The notes: a model not told the origin generated them from the sequence alone. A stretch of DNA of 64,000 nucleotides from a candidate division WOR-3 bacterium (GCA_965649265.1 CBFGKC010000001.1:13119-77118), one strand, 5' to 3'. Counted from the stretch's first letter, positions 47,263-58,129 are shown. Made by a program: numbers and translations.

Positions 47263-48145
47263 CCTTGCCCCCTTTCGATTCCTCTGGACCGAAGCGGTAG
47301 AGCTTTGCAACGGCCATAGCGAGCTTGCGCACACGCAGGATCGTTGCCGCGCGCTCGGTCACACTGATGGCGCCGCGAGCGTCGAGCAGGTTGAAGTAGT
47401 GCGAACACTTTATGACCGTGTCGTAGGCGGGCATCACGAGGTTTTTTGAGACGAGCCGGTGGCACTCGGCCTCGTAGTGATCGAAGGCCTTGCGGAGATA
47501 ATCGGTATCTGCTTCTTTGAGGGAGTAGGCGGAGAAGTCTTTTTCATTTTGACCGAACACCTCACCCCAGGTCATCATCTTGCCGTCCACCTCGCCCCAT
47601 GCGATGTCGAAGATGGATTCGACACCCTGAAGGAACATGGCAATGCGCTCGAGTCCGTAGGTGTATTCGACCGGGATCATGGGGAGTTCGAGGCCGCCCA
47701 CCTGCTGGAAGTAAGTGTACTGGGTGACCTCGATGCCGTCGAGGTCCACCTGCCATCCGAGCCCCCATGCGCCGAGCGTGGGGGATTCCCAGTCGTCCTC
47801 GGTGAAACGCAGATCGTGGCGCTCGAGGGGAATGCCGAGGGTTCGCAGGCTCTCGAGGTAGAGTTCCTGGGCGTTCTCAGGCGCGGGCTTGAGAATCGCC
47901 TGCAGCTGCCAGTGCTGGTAAACCCGAAGGGGGTTCTCGGCGTAACGGCCGTCGCGCGGCCGCTTTGACGGCTCGACGTACACGCAGCGCCAGGGACGGT
48001 CGTCGAGCACGCGAAGGAACGTGGCTGGGTTGAATGTTCCGGCGCCCACCTCGGACGAGTAGGGCTGCATCAGGATGCAGCCGCGTTCAATCCAGTAGCC
48101 CTGCAGCCTGCGGATTATCTCCTGAAACGTCAATTTTTCACTCAT
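47255..48145 (-). CDS. glyQ: Glycine-tRNA ligase alpha subunit
   Basis: [63 protein letters not shown]. Confidence 0.97.
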   Translation of the reverse strand: MSEKLTFQEIIRRLQGYWIERGCILMQPYSSEVGAGTFNPATFLRVLDDRPWRCVYVEPSKRPRDGRYAENPLRVYQHWQLQAILKPAPENAQELYLESLRTLGIPLERHDLRFTEDDWESPTLGAWGLGWQVDLDGIEVTQYTYFQQVGGLELPMIPVEYTYGLERIAMFLQGVESIFDIAWGEVDGKMMTWGEVFGQNEKDFSAYSLKEADTDYLRKAFDHYEAECHRLVSKNLVMPAYDTVIKCSHYFNLLDARGAISVTERAATILRVRKLAMAVAKLYRFGPEESKGGKDE

Positions 48146-48150
48146 CAATA

Positions 48151-48786
48151 TCACTCCATTACGTAGAAAAATAATGGCGTCGAGCTCTGCAGATATAGTA
48201 TCCCCTTCAGAACAAGCTCGTCCGCCGTGACACCTCTCTTCTGCGCCTGCTTCGCGAGATACTCCGCGACGCTCGTGGACGCTGCGGGGGCTGCGAGGTT
48301 GAAGGTGCCCGAAGCGCTGCGGAAGGCGGCATTGGAGCCGCAGTAAAGGTCGCCATAGACCGCCGATGGACCACCGGGAACGAGGGAATCTCTTATCGGA
48401 ACGGTGTTGACCTGCGCGAGCCTCGCGAGCAGGTTTTCCATCTTTCCCCACGGACCCTTGTACTTCCCGATCGCATAGCCTTGGGAGCCTATGTAGTAGG
48501 TCGTGCCCGCGACGTACTCGTCCGACTCCTCTGGTTCGACTTCGGCCCCTTTCGCGAAGTCGTCGATTGCCTGCTGATCGCCAAGGCGAATGGACCCCAG
48601 GCCGAGCGTCCAGCTCGTCGTCGTGTTGCGTTCGATTACGACGACGTCTGCGTAAATCCACTGTGAGACGCTCGAGGACGCGCCTTCCGTCGTGATGCCC
48701 AGCCTTGCCGTATCGAGAACGAGCGAGTCGCGGCCCCACGAGAGCAAAGGAGCGGAGAGGAAAAGCAGGCTAAAGACCAAGCTCAC
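48151..48786 (-). CDS. Hypothetical exported protein
   Basis: Hydrophobic N-terminus; operonic between the HD gene and glyQ. Confidence 0.6.
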   Translation of the reverse strand: MSLVFSLLFLSAPLLSWGRDSLVLDTARLGITTEGASSSVSQWIYADVVVIERNTTTSWTLGLGSIRLGDQQAIDDFAKGAEVEPEESDEYVAGTTYYIGSQGYAIGKYKGPWGKMENLLARLAQVNTVPIRDSLVPGGPSAVYGDLYCGSNAAFRSASGTFNLAAPAASTSVAEYLAKQAQKRGVTADELVLKGILYLQSSTPLFFYVME

Positions 48787-49321
48787 AGCGGATTCCGCGT
48801 ATCGCTTCGAGGCAAGTGGTGACGAACTCTTCCAATTCCATGCCGAATTCCGAGCAGGTTCTTATCTGGTCGCGGTCGGCGCCTGCCGCGAAGCGCTTGT
48901 CCTTGAAGCGCTTGAGGACACTTTGAGCCTCGAGCCCGCCGAGTCTTTCAGGGTGCATTAGTGCGGCGGCCGTAATGAGACCGGTCAGCGGATCGACGGC
49001 GTAGAGAACCTTGTCCAGCGCCGATTCGCGCTCGATACCGCCCGCATGCGCACGGATGGCGTGGACGGCCTCGTCAGACAGGCCCCCCTCCCCTGCGAGT
49101 GCGGCCCCCCACTCGGCGTGAAGCATCATGTCGCCGGCCTTCTCGGCGTCCTCGTATGACACGTCGTGCAGTAGTCCGGCAAGGCCCCATATCGCGGGGT
49201 CCCCGCCGAATCTGGGGGCAAGCGCCGCAAGGCAAGCCTCGGTGCACCACATGTGCTTGCGAAGGTTGACGCTTGCGACCTTCTCCTCGACAAGTTTCAT
49301 GGCTTCATCTCTCGTAATCAT
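48770..49321 (-). CDS. HD/HDIG-domain phosphohydrolase
   Basis: LRKH...EA, GLLHD, AIRAH, D.LTGLI.A.AL, KRFKDK.FAAG..R. Confidence 0.88.
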   Translation of the reverse strand: MITRDEAMKLVEEKVASVNLRKHMWCTEACLAALAPRFGGDPAIWGLAGLLHDVSYEDAEKAGDMMLHAEWGAALAGEGGLSDEAVHAIRAHAGGIERESALDKVLYAVDPLTGLITAAALMHPERLGGLEAQSVLKRFKDKRFAAGADRDQIRTCSEFGMELEEFVTTCLEAIRGIRCELGL

Positions 49322-49434
49322 GGGCTAAGAATAAGGAAAAACGCATGGAAGTCAATTGATACTCGGAAAATACGAATCATCTCAGACCCCCCGGGGGGCC
49401 CCTTGAAAATACGCGGTAATTTCATGGGGTACAA

Positions 49435-49506
49435 AGCCGACGAGTGGATTCGAACCACCGACCTACGCTTTACGAAAGCGTTGCTCTACCACTGAGCTAC
49501 GTCGGC
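49435..49506 (-). tRNA. tRNA-Thr(CGT)
   Basis: GCCGACGTAGCTCAGTGGTAGAGCAACGCTTTCGTAAAGCGTAGGTCGGTGGTTCGAATCCACTCGTCGGCT; cloverleaf; CCA not encoded. Confidence 0.95.
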
Positions 49507-49519
49507 AAATTTCATAATT

Positions 49520-50563
49520 TCATAGCTTGTTAGATTCAAAGACAGTTGAATTCTCTTGTTGTGCCATATTTGTGCCAACTTTATTTACCGCGTCAAGAAG
49601 GTGAGGGCGTGAGAGGTGAGAATAGCGAAGAGTCATCTTGATGTCCTTGTGGCCCAATAATTCCTGAACCGTGCGAATGTCAACGCCCGCCATCACGAGA
49701 TACGAGGCAAAGGTATGTCTCAGGTCGTGAAAGCGAAAATCAACGACTCCAGCACGGTTACAAGCGGTTTCAAAGGCTTTTCTCCAGTTGCCGTAGGGTC
49801 TGCCGTCAGGCTTGCGAAAGACGGTCTGCCCTTTGCGTTCTATGTTCAGCCTTTCGAGCACGGGGAGAAGCTTGTCGCTTATCGGAATCATCCTTTGTTC
49901 GTTATTCTTGGTTCGCATAAGCAGAATAGATCGTCTTTCAAAGTTGATGTCTTTCCATGTAAGCCCCATAAGCTCACCACGACGCATGCCTGTTTCAAGC
50001 GCAGCAAAGACTACCGCCCACAGCATCGGGTTTGCAGAGCACTCAAGAAGCAGCCTGTCTCGCTCCTCACACGAAAGAAACCTGGTAGGAGGGGGAGGGG
50101 TTCTAAGGCGTTTAATCTGACGTGCAGGATTAGCTTTGACGTAGTTCCAGTCAACGGCCTTGTTCATCATGTGTTTGATGGTTTCCATGTCGCGGTTTAC
50201 CGTGGCAGGTGCAACCTTCAGTGAACGTTGAGTCTGAAATTGCTCAATATCCCTTGTCGTTATTTCTGAAAGCTTCATATCGCCAAAGGCAGGTAGAATC
50301 TGATTGAGCGATGTTTCGTCTCTTTTGAATGAGGATATTTTTTTATGGGCTTTCGAGTATTCCAAGTATTCATCGGCATACGCCGCAAACGTTCGTGGTG
50401 CATCTGCCGGAATGCCTTGAGCCGTCTCGCTCTCGATGCGTCTTTGAATCTCTCCAAGTTTTGAAAGAGCAACCCGCTTGGTCCGTCCTGCGACCTTGCG
50501 GTACCTTTTCCCGCTATATGAGAAGTCGACATACCAGCGTTTATCACGCTCGTATATTCTCAT
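49520..50563 (-). CDS. int: Tyrosine integrase
   Basis: TGMRRGEL, K, FHDLRHTFAS, LLGH, RYSH catalytic residues; N-terminal arm-binding domain. Confidence 0.95.
   Translation of the reverse strand: MRIYERDKRWYVDFSYSGKRYRKVAGRTKRVALSKLGEIQRRIESETAQGIPADAPRTFAAYADEYLEYSKAHKKISSFKRDETSLNQILPAFGDMKLSEITTRDIEQFQTQRSLKVAPATVNRDMETIKHMMNKAVDWNYVKANPARQIKRLRTPPPPTRFLSCEERDRLLLECSANPMLWAVVFAALETGMRRGELMGLTWKDINFERRSILLMRTKNNEQRMIPISDKLLPVLERLNIERKGQTVFRKPDGRPYGNWRKAFETACNRAGVVDFRFHDLRHTFASYLVMAGVDIRTVQELLGHKDIKMTLRYSHLSRPHLLDAVNKVGTNMAQQENSTVFESNKL
49560..49581. repeat. Putative arm-type integrase site (tandem TGTGCCA); matching copy at 62934-62955
   Basis: TGTGCCATATTTGTGCCAACTT versus TGTGCCAATTTTGTGCCAACTT, one near each att end. 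Confidence 0.7.
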
Positions 50564-50826
50564 AGCTTGGTTTCCATTATATTAGGCTTAAGAATCTTGT
50601 CAACGTCACGCTCGAATTCAACGTTGTTTGCAGTCATATCAGGCGGTTCGAAGTGCTGCACGGTAAGCCAGTGTTCGATTTCCGGTTGACTGAACCTCAA
50701 GGTTTTTCCTAAGCGAAAACAAGGTATTCGATCCTCTTCGACCCAACGGTACACGAGCGAACGAGACACGGCCAAATATCTCGCAATCTCGTTCACCGTC
50801 ATTAAAGGCTTTGTGAAATCATCCAT
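50560..50826 (-). CDS. Excisionase (HTH_17)
   Basis: LMTVNEIARYL.VS...VYRW....IP..RLG..LRF; overlaps the int start. Confidence 0.85.
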   Translation of the reverse strand: MDDFTKPLMTVNEIARYLAVSRSLVYRWVEEDRIPCFRLGKTLRFSQPEIEHWLTVQHFEPPDMTANNVEFERDVDKILKPNIMETKL

Positions 50827-50827
50827 C

Positions 50828-51286
50828 TTAATCTTGTCCGTCTTGTGTTATATTTTTAGGCATTGAAATAATCGGGAAATAATCATCCGTGATAGATTTA
50901 GAGACATATATTGCAGCACCTTCATTTGAAACAATCGGGCCAACGTCCATTGATTTTTCCGTGCACCATCCTTTCAAGGCTTTTTTCCAAAGTTTCTTGT
51001 AGACTTCAGGCGTAAGATTGGGGTTCTTTTCCTGAAGCAAGTGGATATGCGGTCTTCCGTGTTTTGCTTCAATAACCATTATGGTTGTAAGCTCCTTTCC
51101 GTGCTCCCTGTATCTTCTGCCAAAGGCCGCTTCATTAGTCAAACGTCTGAATCTCAAAGCCTTTCCACGTGCAGAATTGAAGCTGTGCGGTTTTGGAAAG
51201 TTAAACGTTCCAAAAGTATGCAGTCGGTTCGAAAGAGCTATGAACCATTTTGCATACTCCCTTTTCATATCGAAGATCTTTTTCAT
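50828..51286 (-). CDS. Rolling-circle Rep-like HUH endonuclease
   Basis: FGTFNF (motif I), RPHIHLL (HUH), IYVSK (catalytic Tyr). Confidence 0.7.
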   Translation of the reverse strand: MKKIFDMKREYAKWFIALSNRLHTFGTFNFPKPHSFNSARGKALRFRRLTNEAAFGRRYREHGKELTTIMVIEAKHGRPHIHLLQEKNPNLTPEVYKKLWKKALKGWCTEKSMDVGPIVSNEGAAIYVSKSITDDYFPIISMPKNITQDGQD

Positions 51287-52295
51287 AGATCTCCTTTCCC
51301 TACTTTATCAGTAGGCTATAGAGTTAGACCTCTGGTGAACGATGGGGCTTTCATCGTTTAATCAACAGAGCATTTTACCGCAAGTAGCTTTCTCTCAGGA
51401 AAAGCCTTGATGCAAAGCTCCTTGCATTTATTTTATGGTGAATTTCTTTGGTGTGTTCGTAACACTTTTGAAATTCACCTCCCAGTCGAGCCAGTCATTC
51501 AACTAGTCGGCCGACCTGGTATCCAGTTCTCACACATCCTTGGTTTGCACTAAAGTTATTCAGTTGTCAATCAATATTGTAGATTGATAGCAACTATAGG
51601 AAATATACACTTTTTCCATTGTTTGTCAAGTATTTTGTATGTAATTAGCATCAATATCTATAAATCATATATTATGTATATGTTATCTCGTGTCCGTAAG
51701 TGTCCAGGATTAGGTGTCAGATTGGTATAATTCGAAAAAAGGCCGATTTTCAAACCTACCCAAATTTGTGAGCAGGCCTAATTAATGGTATCCCCCCTTA
51801 GTAGAGGGATATTTCCCTTGAGGCCCTACCTGTATAGGTCAGGCTAACTTTTTTGCGAGGTCTTTCGTGTGCAGCACGTTTTGTTGAAGAATTAACCCCG
51901 TATTGTTTAAAAATTCACAATATTTTTGAATGTTTGAAACCTTGTAAAGCACTCCTTTCTTTAAGTTATCTAATTAAAGAGTGTCGAAATTAGAAGTTCA
52001 ATTTTGTTAAAGGATTCTAGTAAAATCCTTGAATAATTGCTCATTTTTGAGCGAAATCGGGGCAGGTTTACGTAATAAACGTTGGGTGTAATTGTATAAT
52101 GCGCTATTAATAGTTAGATAATGCTTGATACTCTCCCCTTGATCATGTCCTAGACTAAACCCTTATATATCTGATACATACAGAATAATTTCCACAGGTG
52201 TATATACCCCTATACCCTCCCGGGGTCCCGTATACCCCAAGGCAAAAAAGTCACGCTCTCGCGGGTGAAAGGCTTTTTATTCTAGTCGAACCCTT

Positions 52296-53222
52296 TTAGG
52301 GTACTGTTACTTGAGTTGAAGCCGAATCCACACCAGTAAGGCTTTTTACAATTACACTCACGCTGTAGGTTCCGCTCTCGGGATAACGCACAATAACACT
52401 AGTATCACCGCTAGTTTTCAGTAATGTAGCATCTGGGTATTGCCATTGACATTCAGGTTCGTCTTCTTCAATTCCTTCGTACCATGCCCACAAAGCAATA
52501 TCTCGGTTCGTAACACTTATGTAATTAGGTTTAATTAACGTATCAGCACCGTCAGCATTTGATACAATCAGAGTAACCGTGTACTGCCCCTCAGTCGAAT
52601 ATATATGGGTTGGGTGGTGAGCCGTTGATGTCTCCATGTCACCAAAGTCCCAAAACCAAATATCAGGACTTCCATTTGAAAGATCAGTAAACATGACGTG
52701 CAAGGGAGCCGAGCCGGATGTTGGTGTTGCTGAGAATTCTGCTTGAGGCTTTACAGGTGTCAGGAAAGCATTGAATGACCTTGCATTTGTTTTTCTTAAG
52801 CTTTGTTCAGGGCTGTATACAGACCATTTTATCTCTAAGTTCATAATACCGTTACTGGAACCTCCACACCAGATCGTATCAGAATACAACGCAGGCTTAT
52901 CATTAATACTGACGATCACCCAGAAGTGTCCAGCTAGTTTTACAGAATCACTTTGTTCTTTGTAGATTGTTGAGGTATATGTACTGTCTCCGTTAATATC
53001 AATAGGTTGAGTATCAAGTAATTTTTCCTCACCGAATGCACTACGATACCAATCAATCTGAATAGGTCCCTCTCCTGATGCAATAATTTCAGCGACAAGA
53101 GAATCTTGCGGTGTCTTTATTGGATCGCCAAGACTGACATTTTTAACTTCGGCTTTCTTGAATAGCTGACAACCCAGACTAAGAACAATAAAGCTTATCG
53201 CAAAGGTAAAGACCTTTTTCAC
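52296..53222 (-). CDS. Lipoprotein with PKD domain
   Basis: LGC lipobox; AEFSATPTSGSAPL.V.FTD.S....W.WDFGD...P.H.Y...G.YTVTL. Confidence 0.85.
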   Translation of the reverse strand: MKKVFTFAISFIVLSLGCQLFKKAEVKNVSLGDPIKTPQDSLVAEIIASGEGPIQIDWYRSAFGEEKLLDTQPIDINGDSTYTSTIYKEQSDSVKLAGHFWVIVSINDKPALYSDTIWCGGSSNGIMNLEIKWSVYSPEQSLRKTNARSFNAFLTPVKPQAEFSATPTSGSAPLHVMFTDLSNGSPDIWFWDFGDMETSTAHHPTHIYSTEGQYTVTLIVSNADGADTLIKPNYISVTNRDIALWAWYEGIEEDEPECQWQYPDATLLKTSGDTSVIVRYPESGTYSVSVIVKSLTGVDSASTQVTVP

Positions 53223-53834
53223 GTCTCCTCCTAATCTTTTGTTTACTTGATACTAAACCTTTATTTCGAGTTGTCAAGCCTGCTAATAGCCAACATTGAC
53301 TTGACCAATCCTTTTACTTTTCTTACCGTGCTGCGAAGAATACCTAGAAGAATTGTAGAATTTGTGGCAGGCAAGCTGCCTAAAGAAAAGAAGAGCGGCC
53401 GCAAGTGGTAGGCTTTTCGCTGACGCTCAAGCACAGCCGCCCGCTACCGCCTTACGCTCCGTCTACGCTTCGCTACGGCGGCCATCCCCACCCTGCCACC
53501 CTTATTGTATAGGCAGCTCTCCCTGGGCTGTCCTCGGGCTCGCAGAAAGCCTCGCCCGCAAGGGTGCTGCCAACGTCATCACTCACTGCCCCCGCAACCC
53601 TCCCATTCAACGTCTACCCACTAACCTCACACCAACCAACCAAGACTCAGGGTTTTGTCTCTAAAACCCTTTGACCATTGCCGCCAAAACTCCTGAAGAT
53701 GCGGGCGTCGGCTCCTCGAACTGCGTCGCCCTGCGGCAGCCACACGGCGAGCGTGTAGGGCGTTGTGGCGAGTGAGGGGTATACTACGGGTAAGGGGTTG
53801 ACAAACCTTATATTTCGAGATATATTATATTCTT

Positions 53835-56198
53835 ATGGAGGGTATTTTTCAAAAGCCCATAGTTTTATTTTTACTTTGCCTTACGACTCTTAATGCAGAG
53901 ACTCAAGATAAATGGTCCGTGGTCTACCCAGACAGTGTTTCATCTAAAAGGATAGTTTCGTTGTACAGGTCAGGATCTACGATTTTCGTTGGCACTAGCC
54001 AAGGTATTGATTTGTTTGAAAAAGAAAAACCCTTTGAGTACTCCCCTCCGTTTATTTCAAAACTTGGTGAGGTAGTGGCCATAACTAAAGATATGAACGA
54101 TCGTCTATGGTGTATTATTGCAGGGAGACTTTACGTTAATTTTTCAGACAAATGGATTAGGTGCACTTTAATTGGACTTGATTCTTTGGGAGAAGTCAAA
54201 TCATTTGCTGTAGGTCCGAGAGATTTGACAATTGGTACAAACAGAGGGTCAATATATTCGTTAAACGTAAAAGCCCCAATTAAACTTGATACCCTTGAAG
54301 TAATTGGCACATTATTGCTTGATTCTCTTCTAACGAGTGGTGATTCTTTGGTTCTTGATTCTCTATTAGAAAATGCACTGACAGTAGAAGTGCATGAATT
54401 ACCTCTTACGTGGAAAACCGATGTCATTTCTGACATTCAGTATTGGCGTGGAGGGTTTTATTTTCTCGCTACACCAAAAGGGTTCTTATTATTTAACAGT
54501 GAAAAACCTGGTCAAAAACCTAAAGAAATCGGCAGAGAAGTTACGGCTGATTTGCAGATAGGTATATGCGCAGCTAAAGAGTCGGATTCTTCGATATGGT
54601 TAGCAGGTACTGGTTGTGTTGGTCGAATCAATCCTTTAGAACCCAAACAAAAACCTGAAATCCTCGAAATTCCAAGCGTAAAAGCTATAACAATAGATTC
54701 ATCTAGTCATAGATGGTTGATATGTTCAGAGGCTTTATTTGAGGTGTATCCTGAAACTTTGGTTTTCTTAAAACATTCTCTTCCAGAAAATTTAATGGAA
54801 TGGAAACTCAATACCGTCCTACCTCTATCCGGCGATAGCATCCTATTAGGGACAGATAAGGGTATACTTTTATTTCAGCCTGCAAGACCTCAACTTTCAC
54901 TAGAGAATATCAAGATTGAACCAAAAAGGGATTCAAAAGACAATGTGATATTGAATTTTGAGATCATCAACGCGGATGCTTATCCATACATAGAATGTCA
55001 ATGGTTTGGCGAAGGAATTACCAGATCTGACATAACGCTTAAACCCTTGAAAACACAACGAATAAATTTGGGAAACTTAGAACCTGGGAAAAATCAGATA
55101 ACGATCTTGATTCGAAGGCCTTTCGACAATGAAAAACCTACAGAAGATTCATTATCTGTATTGGTTCCAAGACGTCATCATAAAACACCTCCTTCATTAT
55201 GGGTAATTCTAATCTTAGTATTCACGATAGTCATACTTTCTTTTGTTATTTTTTTTGTATACCAGAAAAAGAAAAGAGAGGTTAAGGAACTACGTCACGC
55301 TAAATCTCTTCTCCGGGGGAATCCCTATATAGCCGGGGCTCCCATAAGAGATGCCAAAAATTTCTTCGGGCGGAAACAAATCCTAGAAGAGGTACTGGCA
55401 GGAATTCATAGTAATAGTTTTCTGATACATGGAGAAAGACGGATAGGTAAAACAAGCTTACTTTACCAAATCAGGAATCGTATCAGAGCATCTGCAGACG
55501 ATGAATATGAGATAATTCCCGTTATGGTTAGCTTAGAGAAATTTGAATCGGAAATCAAATCAAGTAAAACCCATAAGCCGTATTTACGATTATCCACGAG
55601 GTTCTATACTAACCTCGCTCATGTCATCGCTCCTAAAGTCTATAAGAAAAAAGAATACTCCAAGATGCTAAAGAGAACCTATCCTTACAGTAAATTTGAG
55701 GAATTTAGCGAATCTCTATTCAAATATCTACAGGATAAACATAAAGGAAAGACAGTTAGGGTCATTCTTCTAATAGATGAAGGCGATGAGATGAACAATT
55801 ATGGTTCGGATTTCCACAAGCAATTCCGCGGTTTGTTCCAAAGTTCTTACGCAGAAGTTTTTAACATTGTCCTAACTCTGAAGGAATTCAGTCCAGAGTG
55901 GCGACATGTAACAAGTCCTTGGTATAATTTCTTCAATGCAATTCCCTTGCCTCACATGACCGAAGAAGAAACATACATCCTTATCCAGGAATATGTTCAA
56001 GGTGGAGTGAAGTATAGACGCAAGGCTTTGAATCTTATATGGGAAATAACACATGGTCATCCGTATGAAATCCAACGCTTGTGTTCAAAAATTTTCAACT
56101 TACTTGGTGATAAAGTCTACGTCAACAGAAAAGATGTTGTCCATGCCGCAAATGAATTATATAACAAGCATGGAGCACTTGATGAGAAATCCATATAA
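53835..56198 (+). CDS. Signal peptide, beta-propeller/Ig sensor-like region, TM, then STAND-like AAA ATPase
   Basis: GT..G/LW propeller repeats; TM LWVILILVFTIVILSFVIFFVY; NPY..G.P....FFGR, GERRIGKTS, LLIDE, T.GHPY..Q. Confidence 0.85.
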   Translation: MEGIFQKPIVLFLLCLTTLNAETQDKWSVVYPDSVSSKRIVSLYRSGSTIFVGTSQGIDLFEKEKPFEYSPPFISKLGEVVAITKDMNDRLWCIIAGRLYVNFSDKWIRCTLIGLDSLGEVKSFAVGPRDLTIGTNRGSIYSLNVKAPIKLDTLEVIGTLLLDSLLTSGDSLVLDSLLENALTVEVHELPLTWKTDVISDIQYWRGGFYFLATPKGFLLFNSEKPGQKPKEIGREVTADLQIGICAAKESDSSIWLAGTGCVGRINPLEPKQKPEILEIPSVKAITIDSSSHRWLICSEALFEVYPETLVFLKHSLPENLMEWKLNTVLPLSGDSILLGTDKGILLFQPARPQLSLENIKIEPKRDSKDNVILNFEIINADAYPYIECQWFGEGITRSDITLKPLKTQRINLGNLEPGKNQITILIRRPFDNEKPTEDSLSVLVPRRHHKTPPSLWVILILVFTIVILSFVIFFVYQKKKREVKELRHAKSLLRGNPYIAGAPIRDAKNFFGRKQILEEVLAGIHSNSFLIHGERRIGKTSLLYQIRNRIRASADDEYEIIPVMVSLEKFESEIKSSKTHKPYLRLSTRFYTNLAHVIAPKVYKKKEYSKMLKRTYPYSKFEEFSESLFKYLQDKHKGKTVRVILLIDEGDEMNNYGSDFHKQFRGLFQSSYAEVFNIVLTLKEFSPEWRHVTSPWYNFFNAIPLPHMTEEETYILIQEYVQGGVKYRRKALNLIWEITHGHPYEIQRLCSKIFNLLGDKVYVNRKDVVHAANELYNKHGALDEKSI

Positions 56199-57681
56199 AT
56201 ATCTCAAACATGTCTCTGCGGATGATTTTTACAATAGGGATGAAGTCATTACTCAGGTATTAGATTCTAATAACAAAGAAAACATAGCTATAATTGGGAT
56301 TAGAAGAATAGGCAAGAGTTCAGTGTTGAGGCATATAGAACACCTTACTCGGAATGATCCAAAATATTCAGGTATCTATATACCAATCTACATTGATTTC
56401 GAAACCCTCTCGAAAAGTGCTGATGATGCAATTCAAAGAATCAAAAGTATAGCATTGAGAGAGCCATTACTGAATGACAGGTATGGGGCAAAGATTTCGC
56501 TTCGGGAGACTAGCTTGGAAAGTTTCTTTTTCAAAATCTCTAGAATCGCACAAAGTGAAAATAGAGACATCCTTTTTCTTTGTGATGAGGCTCAGCATAT
56601 TGAGGAAATGGATGAAAGCGCTAAAAGCATTTGCGATGCGATGAAGGTGGTATCTGAAGCTGAACCGAATTTCATCGTGGTTGTTGCATCATCTCCTCTT
56701 TTTCATAGAATACGACTTCTAATCCAATTAATTAGTTCTTCAGAGCAAATTGTTTCCTTGGGCAGGTTCGAAAACGGTTTTCCGATCGAGCTCGCTTCTT
56801 TATCCAAAAAGGGCAAACCTCCTCCTCTATCACAAAGAGTTATTAATAAGATTGTCAAGCTTTCAGGCGGTCATCCGTATTTCCTCCAAAAACTCGGAAG
56901 TAAGTGTTGGCCTGATTTCAATCTATCTCAGGAATTTTCTGAAACGCGGCTAAGTAAAAGTGAAAAGAGTATCACTAAGGTTATCTGGAATTTATTAAGG
57001 ATTAAGAAAGACTCTGAGATGAAGGAAAGTGGACGAATTATTCGTCTCTTCAGGTCAATTTTCTTAAACCTCCTAAGACATAAGAAAATAACTGAAGCTG
57101 CAAAGGAAATAAGCAAAGGGAGTATCGAATCGGATCAATTCCAGGATGATATTGAAAGTCTAAAGGATCACGAGAAGGAAATCTTACGTGCCCTTGCTGA
57201 ATGTAGATCAAAAGTAACATTGAGAAGACTCTCAACATTAACAAGAATTGAATTAAACCATGCCGAGTCATGCTTGTCCTGCCTTTCTGATTTAGGTCTA
57301 GTGACTAAAAATGGAAAGCGCTATGAAATAACGAATAAATTTTTCCAAGACTGGCTTTACTGTCGCCCTAGTGAAGATACTGTAAAACGATTGAGGCTAA
57401 ATTGTTTCATCGCATGGTTTTTATTTGGTATTTTAGTTCCCTTGCTCTCTGGTCTATTCGTAAGCAAAATAGTCCCTTTGGCTACCCCAATATTCGCCAT
57501 AAACCTTATTGCGACATGCCTTTTTTTAGCCTTAGCAATCGTAGGTTTCAGTTATCTCAACATTGTTCCCCAAAAGAGATGGAAATTAGCAAAAGATTTT
57601 TCAATGGGGTTCTTTTTTGCCTTCTTAACAACCTTATTGGCCCTATTGTATCAGATTTGTGGTCTATTTACTTCTCAATAG
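56182..57681 (+). CDS. STAND-like AAA ATPase with wHTH and three C-terminal TM helices
   Basis: NPY...FYNR, GIRRIGKSS, LCDEAQ, SGGHPYFLQ, L.DLGLV, hydrophobic C-terminus; overlaps the upstream stop. Confidence 0.85.
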   Translation: MRNPYKYLKHVSADDFYNRDEVITQVLDSNNKENIAIIGIRRIGKSSVLRHIEHLTRNDPKYSGIYIPIYIDFETLSKSADDAIQRIKSIALREPLLNDRYGAKISLRETSLESFFFKISRIAQSENRDILFLCDEAQHIEEMDESAKSICDAMKVVSEAEPNFIVVVASSPLFHRIRLLIQLISSSEQIVSLGRFENGFPIELASLSKKGKPPPLSQRVINKIVKLSGGHPYFLQKLGSKCWPDFNLSQEFSETRLSKSEKSITKVIWNLLRIKKDSEMKESGRIIRLFRSIFLNLLRHKKITEAAKEISKGSIESDQFQDDIESLKDHEKEILRALAECRSKVTLRRLSTLTRIELNHAESCLSCLSDLGLVTKNGKRYEITNKFFQDWLYCRPSEDTVKRLRLNCFIAWFLFGILVPLLSGLFVSKIVPLATPIFAINLIATCLFLALAIVGFSYLNIVPQKRWKLAKDFSMGFFFAFLTTLLALLYQICGLFTSQ

Positions 57682-57874
57682 AACTCATCAATGCCAATGC
57701 ATAAGCAATCAGTTTTTTGTTGCTTCAACAACCTACCAAGCAAGTCTTTCAACCTAATCTTGCCCTAAATATCCGATATAGAGAACTACATAAAGTCAGG
57801 TTTATATGGACTACGTCAAATTTCAATATACAATCTCAACATGAAATAATAAACAGAGGGAAAAAGGAGGCCAT

Positions 57875-58129
57875 GTGAGAATCCCTTTAATTGAAAGTAA
57901 CACTAAGACAATCCACATCAAGAAAGAACAACATGAAGAGAGGTCCGAGAGAAAAGGCAAATACTACTGGTCAACTCATCCGGGCAGTAGACATGTCTAT
58001 CATACATGCCGAAAATGTACTGAAGGCAACAACATCGAAAAGAGTAATTTTGAATCAGGCAATAATCCTCCTTCAGATTATCGGAAGTGTGAGAAGTGTG
58101 ATTTGTTGAAAAAGGCAGGGCGTTGCTAA
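57875..58129 (+). CDS. Small Cys/His zinc-binding protein (start uncertain)
   Basis: VYH.C..C.EGNNIE..N...G.......C..C motif. Confidence 0.5.
   Translation: MRIPLIESNTKTIHIKKEQHEERSERKGKYYWSTHPGSRHVYHTCRKCTEGNNIEKSNFESGNNPPSDYRKCEKCDLLKKAGRC

Noticed and set aside
48146-48739. Long N-terminal extension of GlyQ in the ORF track
   Set aside because: GlyQ homology starts at MSEKLTFQ (48145); the extension overlaps another gene in a different frame
49195-49210. GGGGTCCCCG match inside the HD gene
   Set aside because: Left arm only, within coding sequence; likely chance
53362-53664. 100-aa ORF in the island
   Set aside because: Lies in a GC-rich repeat-like non-coding tract and has no SD or domain features
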